Shown one piece after another: positions 14,001 to 27,874 of a stretch of 64,000 nt of DNA. The DNA comes from Trichoplax sp. H2 (taxonomy: Eukaryota). Both the position numbers and the translations under genes were made by a program. The stretch lies in the NCBI GenBank assembly GCA_003344405.1, contig NOWV01000020.1, positions 434,001 through 498,000 on the forward strand, in the 5' to 3' direction. Position 1 is the stretch's first letter, and every line of letters begins with the position of its first letter. Below the pieces are notes generated by a model. That model had not been told where the DNA came from, did no database searches, and saw nothing but the letters and a program-made list of their open reading frames with translations.

Positions 14001-17000
14001 TGCTTACTTTTGCAAGATATAATTTTGATTTACGTCGGCCAGATATGGGCATTCCTTAAAAATTTGCTCTTTTAAACACCATGCTAGTAGTAGTAATTTA
14101 ATTGTGTTAAAACAGCGATCATTAATGAAATATAATAATGCATGAAATTATTTAATCAATTGAAGGTGTAAAGCACCATACCTCTGCTGTTTGCACAGCT
14201 TAATTCCAATGCAATGAATATAAGATTTAAACAATCTGTAAGGGTTATATATAATATTTGTTGAATATCAATACAAATGCATTAATACTGCAAACAATAT
14301 AATATTAAAAATCAGAAATTGTTCTTTCATTATCATTTTAAGGATATCACTTACTGTGATAGTCACCAACAGCAAATAGGAGAGTCATCAATTTATCGAT
14401 GCAAGGCCTGTATGCGGGATTTCGAATTAGTCCCTACCGGTTGGTTATATCACAGAAATACGATATCATTGAAAACAGTTAATTCTAGAGCAGTAAACAG
14501 TTGTTAAAGTTCAGCTTGCTGTATAAAGTAGTTCTAGTAGTTAGTTTAAAGATTACTTGCTGAAAAGCGGTGCGGGCATCAGCGAATTTATTTATTTTAA
14601 TAAAAAGAGAGCCAACATGAGACCATAAGCTAACATCAGTATCATCGATATCTATGGCCTGTTAGTACATAAAATAGTCATTATTTAATAAAGGTATATA
14701 CAGAGTTAACAGTAAACTATAGATACAAGCATACATTGTTGTAGCAGTCAATTGCTGTACTGAAAAACTCTTGTTTTTCCGCAATGCTACCGAGATTTTT
14801 ATGTACAGCATATTTGAGTTGAAATGCTGGGTGGATCATTTTGTTGCTTTCAATTGAATGCTTCAAGATCTAAGCCATATATATAGATATTATAAAATGG
14901 TATCAAATATAAGAACTTTTATAGTTGCAACCGTACAAAAAATAAAACACACCTACTGTAGAAAAAATACAAAGTTTAGCAAATAATCCTTTGGTGTTAT
15001 CAGCAATAATACATTGGCATGCAAGCTTTACTTACATCTTTTATGAAATCAGAATTTAAGACCTGCGTGTAAAGCTTTTTTGCCTCTTCATAATTTTCCT
15101 GCGAGTGAGATTTTAAAGCATCATAATATTTACCTTTGGCCTCAGCTTCCTAGAAGTAGTGTAAAGATATCAATATTACGTTTTAAAAAATTATCTTTCT
15201 GCCAGTAGTTTGTAATCTTTTATATTCATGTAATTTGCAACGTAGAACATCAGTAATAATTATACCATATTACATTGCGAAAATTTTAGACTATCTATTT
15301 TGATAGGTATTGTATTTTACAAAAGCCTATAGCATGGTGAAAACAATTTGTGTACTACATTTCTAATATTACTATCAACTATTCAGTAGGCAGGCGAGAA
15401 TGCTGTATGCCATACTATGTCCGTTATTGAGTGCTGGACTATAAAAGGAAAGTTGATATCAATAAACCCAGTAACTTGAGAAAAAGTTAACAACGTTGGT
15501 ATACTGTGCTGTAGGTAAAAGGATTATCGATCTAATGATGTTTAATCTTAATGGGAAAGACTGGATCTTTGAAATGTAGCAATTTAATAACTATTGTGTA
15601 TCTTATACACAACCTGATGATGGCTCTGCAAGGAGTACATAAATTAAGTGGTCAGCGTTTAGTTTCATTAATCTAGTTACTATCTTGTTTAAGTACAATT
15701 TCCTATATTATATAAGATAATACACTGTGTTACCTGGGATTCTTTGGTTGCAATCTCGTCGTCACTAGTACCATCCGATGATGTTTCTTCGATAGCTCGA
15801 AATCTACCCTAAAATGATAAAAGTACAAAACACCACAATATTTATTTCACTATTTGACTGCATACAGATAAAACATCGTAGGAATAGTATGTATTAACTA
15901 ATCTAATATAACGGTTTTATTAGATCTTTATAACGCATTTACCGAAGATACTATATAAACAGTCAACTTCAATTACTTTGATGAAAGCACGGTATGATCG
16001 ATGATAATTTATGTAGCAGGGTTTCAGATAATTAAACCATTGAATGAAATGACTGATAATTAACAAGTAGTAAATAAATAAGGAGAAAGACTTGGAGAAT
16101 AGGATTTAGCTATCAGCTTACTACTAATTGAAAAGGAAGTGATTATTAATTCTATTATCTCTACAGTATCTGTGGATTATCAATTAGCATGAGTATACGG
16201 GTATATGGAGATAGTACTGTGTACGTACACGAAAGAGTACGTATCTCAAGACAGTATAGTATTGTACTTGTTCATTTTTTCAAATGTACATACTGTATCT
16301 CGGGATTCAAGTCTTAGCAATGGATTTTTGAGCATGTATAATAAAATTGACATTCCACAGGATTTTAAGCTATCGTAAGGTGGATATAGTTGTGGCATTT
16401 CCAATTAAGGCATAAATAATTATAATTCATAATGAACTATAAAAGTATTACTATACAACGAATATCGAATTGGTTGACTATTATTTACTACAGAATTCAA
16501 TATGGCTGTCGCAGATTGCAGAACCATTTAATTTGCATGAAGTAGATCTATACCCATATGCTTCTATATCTCTGTCACTGTGCATTCATCAGCATTTTTA
16601 AACTCCTTATTGAGAAATATTAATTAATGATGTAATAGAGTTACTATACTGTACTGTATTGACGGTGCAGTTATCATGACACTATAAACAGTCTACAGTC
16701 AATTTAATTTTTACAATTTTATGCAGCAAAGCATTATCGAAGGCATTTTTCGTTATCACTGTAATACAGTAGTGAATACGTATATAGTAGATTCATTTAA
16801 ATTCTGAACATGATTTCAAGTCTATCCATTAACCATCATCTGATTATTTAGCAATAAAACTATAGTATGATGCTACTGTACTGAATAAATTGACCAAGCG
16901 ATGCAAATGCTATGGTATGATATAGTCATATCGTGGTAGTGGTACTAACGTCATTCAACAACATTGGATGAGCAGTACAGTACAGTATGGATCGTGCGAT

Positions 17001-17542
17001 ACGGTATTACGCAAAACTATCATTCCAAGTCATTTCTAGCACTTTACTATTAGTCCATTTCGTCTACTCGATGAATGAGAATTTTGCTAATGACTTTATA
17101 TTGGGGATATTCATTTCCAATATATTGCTGTTGGTTGGTAAAATTACGCATTTGTCATACGATATAACTACGGGTGCGTTTGTATTGTTATCACAGAGAT
17201 CTATCTAGAAGTAAATTCTTTGCAGCGCAGTTGAAACGATGCTGTAAGAATAATAGGATACAATGCTGGCGTGAAATTGAATTTTACTAGAATCATTGAC
17301 AGAATTAACGAAAACATTACAGATAGTCGATATCAATAGCATTGATTGCAAGATCGGAGAGTGAAGAACATTTGCAGCGTTTGATGTCAGTCAGATTGTT
17401 AGAGAAGTGGTAGTCTTAGCACTGCAGTCACTCTACTATTCATTATCATTTGGTAGGTCTTTTTGAATCAACAGTCTGTATGTAAAATAGTATTTATTTA
17501 TGTATAGTAATGATCATTCAATTACAGTAATAGATATACCAT
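5018..17542 (-). CDS. CABIN1: Calcineurin-binding protein cabin-1 / HIRA-complex TPR subunit, many exons
   Basis: Exons read [38 protein letters not shown]..., [64 protein letters not shown] and [16 protein letters not shown], resembling CABIN1 N-terminal and TPR regions. Stop TAG at 5018-5020. The start is inferred: an ATG|GTATAT at 17542-17540 spliced in phase 0 to 15808 (less certain). Confidence 0.88.
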
Positions 17543-17744
17543 TGCTCTTTGATTGATCTCTCCTTGTTTTAATCCGCTTATTGACAAGGTGGCAAGGTTA
17601 ATGCACAGTGAACCAATTTTTTTTTTCAGAAAAGGTAATAAATGAAAGAGCTTTTGGAAGTAATGAGCAATATCAGAGTATTGCGCTGTGAACAATTGAC
17701 TATTACTGTAGTGTATTTATTACTGGCATCATTTTGGCTGACAG

Positions 17745-18335
17745 TCGTGCTACAGTACAGTACATTGCTACAGTACTGTACTGTACTGTATGTACTGTAC
17801 AGTACAGTACATGACAAGAACAGTCAGTCCCCTCTTGATACTGTAGGCAGCAGACGGTACACTAGAAATGATTGTTCTGCTTTAATTACAGGACTAGGAC
17901 AGGCTGGACAGCTAGCAGGACTCTGGTCAAATTGTCTATTTTTGTCCTACTACAGTACTTCCTGGTTGACACTACTCTTTTGTACTGTACACTGTACACT
18001 GTACTGTACAGTACCATGTTGGGACAGCGGTAGTGTGGTGCTAGGTACTGTACACTGTACATGTACAGTACAGTACTGTACAGTGTACTCGTCGACTGGC
18101 GCCAAAATTCAAGTCCGCTCTAGACTTGAGCAGTTGGCATTGACTGGTTGGTTCATGCCGTACCTGAACCACTACAGTACAGTCGTTCAGTGCACAGTGT
18201 ATTATACTGTGTGGAAAGTACTGTAGTTCAGTGCACGGTACAGTACTGTAGTGCATTGTACTGTAAACAACAGTGTATTGTACTGTGTGGAAAGTACTGT
18301 ACTCAGCTCAGCAGTCAGGGCACTACTACAGTATA
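17745..18335. promoter_or_regulatory. TACAG/CTGTA-GTAC island; putative bidirectional promoter of CABIN1 and NUP35
   Basis: Dense TACAGTAC, CAGTACTG and TGTACA motifs between divergent gene starts (17542 and 18395). Confidence 0.6.
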
Positions 18336-18394
18336 CGGCATAGCTAAAACGAGTTGCCATAGCATGCGAAAAGGAAGCGAATCATCCGGAAAGG

Positions 18395-21300
18395 ATGGAT
18401 CTTCAATCGGGCATCGCAAGTGAGTATCCCATGCTATTTTTACACATTTGAAACGGAAATAAGCCATTCAATCATGATTGAAATCAGTCAGACGTAATAT
18501 TGTCAATATTCTATCCGCTTATGTATGTTGAAATATCAATAGGGATAACACAATCAGTTGATTTGATCAAAATACGTACAGTAACAGTATGCACAGCAGA
18601 GAGTACTGCATGCGCGTATTGCAGGATGGGCATCACTGCATGCTGCAGCCAATGCCTGCTTAACTACATAACAAGTGTAGCCTATCAACTTGACAATGTA
18701 GACTCAGAGTAATGGTTTAAACTACATTTTATCAAACTTTGTAAGCATTATTTTATGCCATTGATGCAGTATCTTGATAATAAGGGTAAATGATAATCTC
18801 GTTTTGCCCCTTTATCTACCAATATACACGATATACTTCCATGGACGTCGATGGACTGTCGAATACAGTACTGTAGTGGAATAGACGCTATTTTACCGTT
18901 ACAGTTGTACAAGACTACAAATGCAATACACTACAGCACTACTGTAGGACAACGCCAAATGGATAGCACATGCTGTTACTTCCTCTATATTATCCCATAA
19001 AATACGTGTATTATTGCAAATACAACCATAGGAAATAGGTAGCAAGTGCTATTTGTGAAGTGAATCAATCCATTAATGACATATACGTCTATGGCTACGA
19101 GTAATTGAATGGAACTAAAAGTCAGACATGCAAACTTGGTCATGACGAGTGCAAGTCATGTATCGTTCTGTTACAAACAGGTTTTACTCCTACACAAATT
19201 ACTATATCGTAGCATACAGGATTATCCTTGTGTATTTGACCACCTACAAACCAAAAACGGACACTATGATATTTGTTTTTACAGTACAAGGTGAATGGAA
19301 AATCGTACCGTTTACTCAATTTTTATTCTAATTGTTACAGTTTCAACTATTCAGCAACACCAACAACAGCAATATACCACTGATCAACCATCCATTTCGC
19401 CAACTTCCAACAGCAATTACCTACCACGATACTTGCTTGGTGGAGGAACGCCTCAAGGAAATGTATGTGCACTCATTTTACTTTTAGCGCGTCCGTAGAA
19501 GTAAATGCTTGGCACCGGTAACATTTGTTAACATTCTAGTACTGTCTATATTATTACAACTCCATTTCCAGTGCCGGAGTCTCTTACTTGAAAAATGACA
19601 TAGTATTATTATTATAACTTTCGTCTCTTTGTCATCAGTTATACTGCACCATACACAACTGTAAGAGACAAGGTACAATAATATCGAAAAAACAGTGTTG
19701 CCTGATTTACTTTCATAACATCAAGATGTAACGATCATTACTTTACATGACGGTTGTAGCAGATAAGTATAATATTGTTTCTGTGGCGATGGGTTTAATA
19801 GAGTTCTCTTGTTATAGACACCATCACGGTATCATCAAAATACTGGCCATCCAACACGGAGAAACCTATCGCGTGAGAAAAGTACATTAACCAACAAAGA
19901 CTCGTCATCACATAGAAATGCTCCATGGGTTACTGGCAAGGGTAATGGTAGTGGGTCAACTCCTTTTCGTAGCAGGCAAGTTGATGCTAACCATATCTGC
20001 TTTAAATTTTTCGTATTGTAGTCTCTAAAAATGAAACTATTTAATTTGTATCATACACCATGATTAGTACTTTACTACAGCATTTATACTATAAAAATGA
20101 TGAATAATTACCTAGACGATACAAAGCTTAACATAAACATGCATAAATTTACACCTTTAGAGGTTTAGGCTTGACTAAGGACAAGACATTTGCACCTCCT
20201 GTTGAAGGCTTATACGACGATGAAAGCGCCGATAAAAAATATAGTACTCCCAATAGCATGTACCAAAATCAGACATCATCTAAAATAAATCGATTGGAAG
20301 ATAGCTTCCTGAATGGCAAACGCGTACGTAACATTTCGTATTCATAACAGCATCGATGTAACAACTATTTTCTTCTATCCGAATTATTTAATAAATTATT
20401 CTCAATGCTAACTGTGATAATATTTGCTGCTAATTTCAGGAGTCATCGTATGGACACCTTATGAGGAGTGACAACTTGAATGAAAGTCAGACGAGCGAGT
20501 TTATGAATGCGACACGAACTTCAATTTACGATTCCAGTAATATTTAATTTATTTATTATTAGCCATTCTTAGCTACGATAAATACTCATTATGTATTTTA
20601 TTGATTGATTTATGATAATCTTATATCCGTATATATTCTAATACTATGCAGCGGGAGTTCTTGGTCAGTCTTTTGCTTCTCAAGTATCTTCTCCTACTCA
20701 GATTGATCCTTTTTATACTCAAGGGTAAGCTTCCGATCACTGAAAAGAAATGTTTCTTTACTTTTTTCCAACGAAGGTTAACCTTGCAAAAGCAGTCTTA
20801 GATTCGTAATTAAAGCATTGATTGTCAAATTTTTCCATTTACAGAGAAGAAATTACTAGCGATGATGTATTTGATGAATGCTGGGTAACGATATTTGGGT
20901 ATGCATTAAGTTAAGATGAAAATACGGAAATGTACCGGGTGTAAAGTTCAGTTTTCTCTTAGCATATTGGAGATATCTTGACTAAAACAATTATTTGTTA
21001 TTTCTAGTTTTCCTCCGTCAGCTGCAACCTATATCCTAGAGCAATTTTCCCATTATGGCGTAATCGTAAAGCATGTGGTGAGTGTCATTAATGACTTCTG
21101 ATGTGATAGTGTGAGGCATAAATATACTAAATTAGTGGTTATCCTTTACCAAACAGATGCTGGCAAATAGTAACTGGATGCATATTCAATATCAATTTAA
21201 GATCCAAGCGAAAAAGGTGTGTAAAACTTATAAATTTTACCAGTTATATTTGGTCCTACCCAGTTGTATCTGATCCCTCCAATGCTAACTGTAGGCTATA

Positions 21301-21776
21301 AGTAAATCAGGAAGGATATTCGGTAACGGAATAATGGTTGGTGTTCGACCGTGCATTGACAAGGTTTTTGTTATTCTATCTTTGAAAATGATCCAAAATC
21401 GACTTACATTAACGTAGTGACACTATTATGGTTGCTTTATGCTAATACTAAAAATCTGTTTTATTATGCAGATTGCTATAATCGGTAATCAAGAAATGTC
21501 TTCAACAATTCAAAGTCCGGACCCAGTTAATTCTAATATTTCAACACCAAAATCTGCTGCTGGAATTCGCCCACTGGTTGCAACTTATAGCGCAGTTAAT
21601 AACCAAAATAAGGTTGTATTGATTATAATGTCGTTATGGAATTAGTAATTATATAATAAATTCTTAAATTTTTACTCTTTCCTTGATAAATTTTTTAGGT
21701 CTCTGCAGAGGTTGATACTCCTCAAAAGAATGATGGTTTAATTGCTAAAGTAATGGAATATATGTTTGGATGGTAG
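18395..21776 (+). CDS. NUP35: Nucleoporin NUP35/Nup53
   Basis: Exon 1 MDLQSGIA (18395-18419, GTGAGT donor) joins in phase to 19341 (...NYLPRYLLGG). KDKTFAPPVEGLYD motif. RRM-like ECWVTIFGFPPSAATYILEQFSHYG...NWMHIQYQFKIQAKKAISKSGRIFGNGIMVGVRPCIDK. Diagnostic C-terminus KVMEYMFGW*. Confidence 0.95.
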
Positions 21777-23831
21777 TGTGTGTTAAACACAAATCAGTTA
21801 AACTATTTTATGACAAGTCGTAATGGTAATCGCTATTCAAACAACCAAAGCATTCATGATATACAGTTATGCACTATGCTTCTCTGACGTCCTGAGATCT
21901 TTTTACAATTAACGTAATAGCATATACAGTACTACGGGTACTATTAGCAAAACTAAAGCCTCGCTTAAAAGTGCAGCTATTAAGGCACTATTGACTTGTA
22001 CAAAAATATGAGTATATACTGTATACTTAGTTTCTGGCTTTATTGGTAATTATGTAGGAGAATTCTTAAATAGTGAAAATTAGCTTCTAAACACTGCGTA
22101 CTTTCCTTTCTGAATTTTGTAATTTTAGAAGGCAATTAAACGTACTAATTTTTCAACTTTCTAGTATGCCATCGAAATAGTCTTGGTGGCGTATATAAAA
22201 ATCAATACATAGTAGTTTGGCTAGAATAAAACTGATTTCTTAAAATTACTAATTACAACGACGATATAATATATTGTAATTTATACCGTGAATTATAATT
22301 AACTATATTATTACCGTTAATGCGGTATCAAGATACAATGTATAAAGTAATGGATATACCTACTACTGTGGAATTAGTTCGTCAAGAAGAATTAATGCAA
22401 CTCATGTAACTTGTCTTCCAAATTATTTTATATAAAACTAGTAAATTTTAAAACGTTATATGAATATTAACCATTCTGCAAAGTAATAAAGGAAATTACT
22501 ATGACGTCATCTTTTTCTGCGTAAGGCTGTTTTTTGTTACAATTGTTGGCTTGCTTGAAGCTGAACTATTAGAATTTGTACTAATACTAATCGGAATTTC
22601 CGTATTTCTACTATATGATTATACTTTTCGCTTAGTAGTTTCTGTTTTTTTTGGTACTGTACAGATACATTACTATGCGAGCAATAACGCATACAAACTT
22701 TTGTCATGTCTTATTTCAGCATTTGCGTTGTAGCGATAGAACAAAGTCCTAATTACCCTCTACTATGATCTACTAGATTACATCTAGTAGTCCATGCCTC
22801 TACATTGAATGAGGGACTAATAAACACTGCGTACAGTTAGTCTTATGCATAGATGCTACTTTGATACTTTCAACCTAAATATTACTTTAATTTATAAGGA
22901 AGTCTCCCATTTGATAGATTACCATATCTACTCACGTTATAACCATTTGAACACAGCCGTTAATCGTTAACAGATTTATTTATAATTTTCATAGCCTAAT
23001 CAAAGTCATGATGAGTCTACAAATGCAAATATTAAGAGCCTTGCTACCGTAATAACCATTCCTGCATGTTTAATACTTTCTATTAGGACAGGTGGCGAGA
23101 AACATTTCGATAACACAGCCGCTATTCTTATAAAATGAATTGCAAGTGAGTCGCGGCATTTTTATTACATTTAACGTTGAATACTTGTAGAGCAATATAA
23201 AAGCATCAGATTATATACTCGTATACCCGCATATTCGTATATACGTATATGGTATATAAAACGAAGTAGTCTTAGACTTTTTTGATCAGTTTCAAAGGGC
23301 TAGCCTAACGTTTTAATAGTTCACAAAAACAAGACATTGCACACTAAAGTGCAATGGCAGACTTAATACGTACAGTATAGGGATATAATAGTACACATTT
23401 GCTACATGGGATACAGTAATCAATTGAAATTATTCATCAGTCGAAGGTCAACTGTGCTATATACTACTGAACATAAGTTATCATTTACTGCAGTATAACA
23501 TTCCAAATAGACCATTTTATTAAGTTAAGTTAAAAGGTTTATGCTGTATCAAATTTCATGCTATCCTTAGCATTTAACATAATTCGAAAGAGAAGTAGAA
23601 TGCAAAGAATGTAATGGTTGCATCATGTGAGTATGCCAAACAACATCAAAATTGCAACTGTAGCCTTGCTATCATATCACAGATACTAAGTAATGAAATT
23701 TGACTAGTACAGCAGTTTGCAAATTCAGCTTAGATCGTTTCAATAAGGTGATTTAAAATTGTTATCTAATATTAAAACTTTCAAGTCTGTACAAATCAAC
23801 GAGAGTCTCCATCAACGCAAATACGCAAAAA

Positions 23832-26800
23832 TTATTTCTTTCTTCCTCCTCTTTCCTTTAATTGTAACTGGATAACGGTTGCTGGGGTTACATTATAATA
23901 AGCAAGACTGAAGGAATCCTTGATGAAGATAGTCTAAGAATATCGGAAACAATATAGATAATTGTTGTGTTAATTAGATTTAAGTTAAAGGACACAACAT
24001 CAGCAAAGCGTGCTGCTACTAACCCCAATTTGCAACTTTTGTTTTCCTGACGGCAATCCAGTTGATTCATGTATTTTCGTCTTAATAGTAGATATCTTCA
24101 TATAGTATTAGTTAAGTTAGCATATCGAATAATAGAGGAATATAATATCAAGTACAAATGTTGATATGAATTAGTCATAACCTGGTCTTTCAGAGGTAAA
24201 TTGAATGATATCATCTGGCCATTTAGCTTCCATTCATTCTTTTCAGGTAAGGATGGTACTTGCACTTTGAACGTGACGAACGGCTAAAAAAGGTAATAGT
24301 TGTTACATCAGAAGCTAGTCTGTAGCATTAGACACAGGAAACTATTACGAACCGGATTTCTAGCCAAAAATTCTGCTTCAGGAGTAAGGCCTGTATCTGT
24401 GTCTGCTTTTAATTTTTTTTGTAATGGTTCTGCCTTATCTGGTTCACGAGTAGGTTCTGCTCTTGGACGTAGCATACCACTTGGTGGTCGTGGGGCAAAA
24501 CCTCCTTGACCTGGTGGTGGAGGCTGTGGAGCTAACATAAAGCCGTGCCGAGGTGGCATCGGTACTCGTGGCATGTTTCCTGGATTTGCATGCGAAGGAA
24601 CACCGGGCGGTGGTGGGTGACTAAATGGAAGTGAAGTTGGCCTCATAGTATTATTTGATTGCATTGGAGTAATGCCTGGCGCAAAGGATTGCGGAGGAGG
24701 AGGAGGAGGTAGAGAACGAGGTAATGATGGCATAGACATAGGTGGACGTGGTAACGTGTTGGTACTCGATGTAGGTGTTGGATTTGACAAATGGGACAAT
24801 TCAGTTGTCTTTGAAGTTACAGTCGGACCGATATTATCCTCTCCTTCCCAGTAATACCTGCTGCTCTCTTTTCCGCCATTTCTACATCTTCAGTAGTAAT
24901 ATTGGCTCGGGCAGCTCGAGTAACTGATCCCATACTTCCACTATGACCATCCCAGATAGCTTTTTGATCTTTTGCTTTAGCAATTTCATCTTCTCCAATC
25001 TTCTTACCGATGATGGTTTCTTCATCGGCCGCACCAAAGATATCGGTACGACGTGAAGCTAAATTCTTCAAATGATCACCTATATCACCACCAACGGCAT
25101 AAACCGCCAATTGTTCCATTCTTTCTTTCATCGACCGATCTCTATCACTACGCCATTCCGGATCAAGAAGACCATATTTCATGTGTTCGTCCATTTTGTC
25201 GACAGGTACTTTCTCACCAGTCAATGGAGATATAAGGTATTGGGTAGTTGATTCAGATAGCTTTTTAGAAGATTTTGGATCATAATCTTTCTTAACGACA
25301 GCATTAGCAACAGGAGGTAGTGGAGGTGGCATACTAGCGTTATCCGCTTCGGTGGGTGGAAGTGGGGGTGGTGAACTTTCCTGATCGTCTTCATCAACCT
25401 CCATTTCAACTTCAGTAGTTCTTTGTTCTTCTTCATAACGTTGCTGTGCTATGATACGAATGCCCAATTCTTCCGGTGTTACAGGAGGTGGAAGATTGTC
25501 TGTGGCCATAAAAATGATAGAAAGAAAATATTTACAACGTTCATTAACGTCGCACAATCTGAAAATTCAATACTACTTGCTGCGTTCAACAATCAAACCT
25601 TTTTCGTCATCTTTAAATGGAACAGTTTCTACAACTACGAAGTCATGCCAATCAACTTGTGCAAATGCAACTAAAAAATATATTAATCATAATCATTTGT
25701 CATATATGTAGCAGTATTGAAAGAATTCAAAATTAACAAGAGACTAAAAGGATTTATTTACTTCTCTCTCTATCTTGTTCTGCTTCTTCTTTTTGTCGCT
25801 GCTCTTCCTTGTACTTGCCCCAATTTACCGCATACTTTACGCGATCAAGTATCTAAACAGATACCGATATAAAATGCGGTCATTATACTTACGAGACTTT
25901 AAACTCGGCATGTCAAATGAATCAAGCGAAAATGAATAAAAATAGCTTGTGATAAACATACATTAGACGAATCTCTGCAGTCTTCCTTTAATTTCTGTAC
26001 AATGTCTTTTGGAGGAATCAAAACATTGGTGTACTGCTCTACCAGTTTAGTGAAATATTGAAAGAGTGAATGTTGAGGCTTTAAAAAGTCGAACTGATAA
26101 TTATTGTGCTCGCGGCTCATTAAATTTGTTAAGAATTGGCGACCATTCCTGGCCACAAATAATGCTGTCAGTTTGACGAGATCCCTAAAAGATATACAAC
26201 GCGCCAATATTCGATAGTATCATTAATATGAATTTAAGAACGGGAATTCTCGCACAGTCCGAATTTTTATGGTTTTATCTTACAGATCAAAAGCCGATAT
26301 CGAAGGTGGTTCAGCTATAAATTGAGGAGCAGGTGGAGGATCTTTGGGTATAAATGTTTCAGTAATTTGCGATTGTATAGATTGTTGCTGTTTCTGCTGC
26401 TGTAGCTGATGCTGTTGTTGCTGTTCTTGCAAGGATAACGGTACAGGAGGTTCGGTGGTTGAGTTTCCTTCCCGAAAGTTTATTAGTTTGTGTTGATAGT
26501 ACGCGTGATACGGATCATTTGAATTTAAGAAGTTAAATTTGGGATTGTTTGCTTCATTATGACGTATACGAGTTTCAAATTCCAAACCTAGAAGCGACAT
26601 ACAAATAAGATTAGAGCATAGCATTTAGTATAAATTCAAATTTAAACCTATCTTACAACAAAGTCGATTTTCACTACAGTACTAATGAACAAGTTGTGCT
26701 ATAGAAAAATTGTGAATGCAACTTTGAGTGTAAGAAAGCAGATTAACCAATATATACGTACCGTTTCGAGCCACAAAACTTGCCGTTTTATCAACGATAT

Positions 26801-27835
26801 CTGTTGTTGGTTGGTGTCAAGGATCTAACAATGTTTTTTACGCCTCTAATATCAACTTTATCAATTTTTGCAGTAGTTACAATATAAGATATTACGTAAT
26901 GGACAACAATACGTTGACGTACATGGATAAATTACAAGAAGTATAAGATATATACGTATATCATTCACAACAATAATTTATAATTGCTGTAGAAAGGGTA
27001 TTTTTGTGCTGCTTAGGTAGATGCTGTACACGTACATCGAACTACAGAGTGTATTGCTTTCAAATTAGGAATTTCAAAAAATGTTCTGAAATGCTTAAAA
27101 TTGCAACGGCTTCTATTTGAAAGGTGCGGGTACTACAGCACTATATGTACAAGGTAAATTAGCTGTCAGTAGAATTTACAATACAAGCCAGTAAAGCGTC
27201 CATTAACTTCAGATGGATTGATATAGTATACGATGGAGTATGTAGTGAAAATAGCAAGTTTGAATCAATTTGCTGTTATATCAGTTTTTCCAGTAAGGAA
27301 AATTTAAATAGTATTGAGCTCAAAACAACCTAATTATACCCGTACAATTTATCTATGTCATTCTACTTTCGACACTGAGTCTCAGTGTCCAGCCAATTGT
27401 AAGTATCATTATGAAAATAGGAGATGGTTACATCTTGAACAGTAGTTACATACACTACTCTACAGTATGATTACGTTAAGAGATTACACAAGATTGGAGT
27501 GAATGAATTTTCTACTACAGTAAAAGTGTTTTTTTAACGTATTATAAAACGTTTTATTCCTATTAAACAGGTAGTAATGGAATAAAAGTGAAACAATCTC
27601 TATACTCTCTAGCACCTACAAGGAGAAGTGGTCTAAGAAAAAGAAAGGAGCATTGGACTGTGTGACTGTCCTATCCATAATCATGTTGAATGTATAATAA
27701 TGAATGGTTGAAGAGGATACTGCGCACTTCTGGAGGCGGATAGATAATTCCAATGACGGGTTTGCTTGGCTCTTCTTCGATATTTTGCTCTCCATTGCCA
27801 TTAGTCTCAATTTGCGAAGCTTCTACACTCGGCAT
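23832..27835 (-). CDS. SF3A1: Splicing factor 3A subunit 1 (two SURP domains, PRP21-like region, C-terminal ubiquitin-like domain)
   Basis: MPSVEAS...KPVIGIIYPPPEVR|NIVDKTASFVARNG, FETRIRHNEANNPKFNFL, LVKLTALFVARNGRQFL, QVDWHDFVVVETV, LASRRTDIFG and C-terminal QLKERGGRKK*. Confidence 0.98.
26801..27720 (-). other. U12-type (minor spliceosome) GT-AG intron, intron 1 of SF3A1
   Basis: 5' splice site GTATCCTCT (U12 consensus RTATCCTTT). Branch site TCCTTGAC at 26823-26816, then ACCAACCAACAACAG with no polypyrimidine tract. The join restores PPPEVR-N-IVDK. Confidence 0.88.
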
Positions 27836-27874
27836 TTTGCCAAACTGAAAAACGAAGCAGCTCTCTCTCGCTCA

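Noticed and set aside
17626..18423. ORFs rich in YSTVQYCTV (also at 27960-28886, 30754-31113, 58263-58666 and 61568-62813)
   Set aside because: They are translations of the stop-poor TACAG/CTGTA repeats, open on both strands, with no protein-family features.
22501..23356. CRE palindrome ATGACGTCAT (22501-22510) and hairpin cattgcac-N6-gtgcaatg (~23335-23356) between the convergent NUP35 and SF3A1 ends
   Set aside because: Short isolated motifs expected by chance in 64 kb, with no supporting context.
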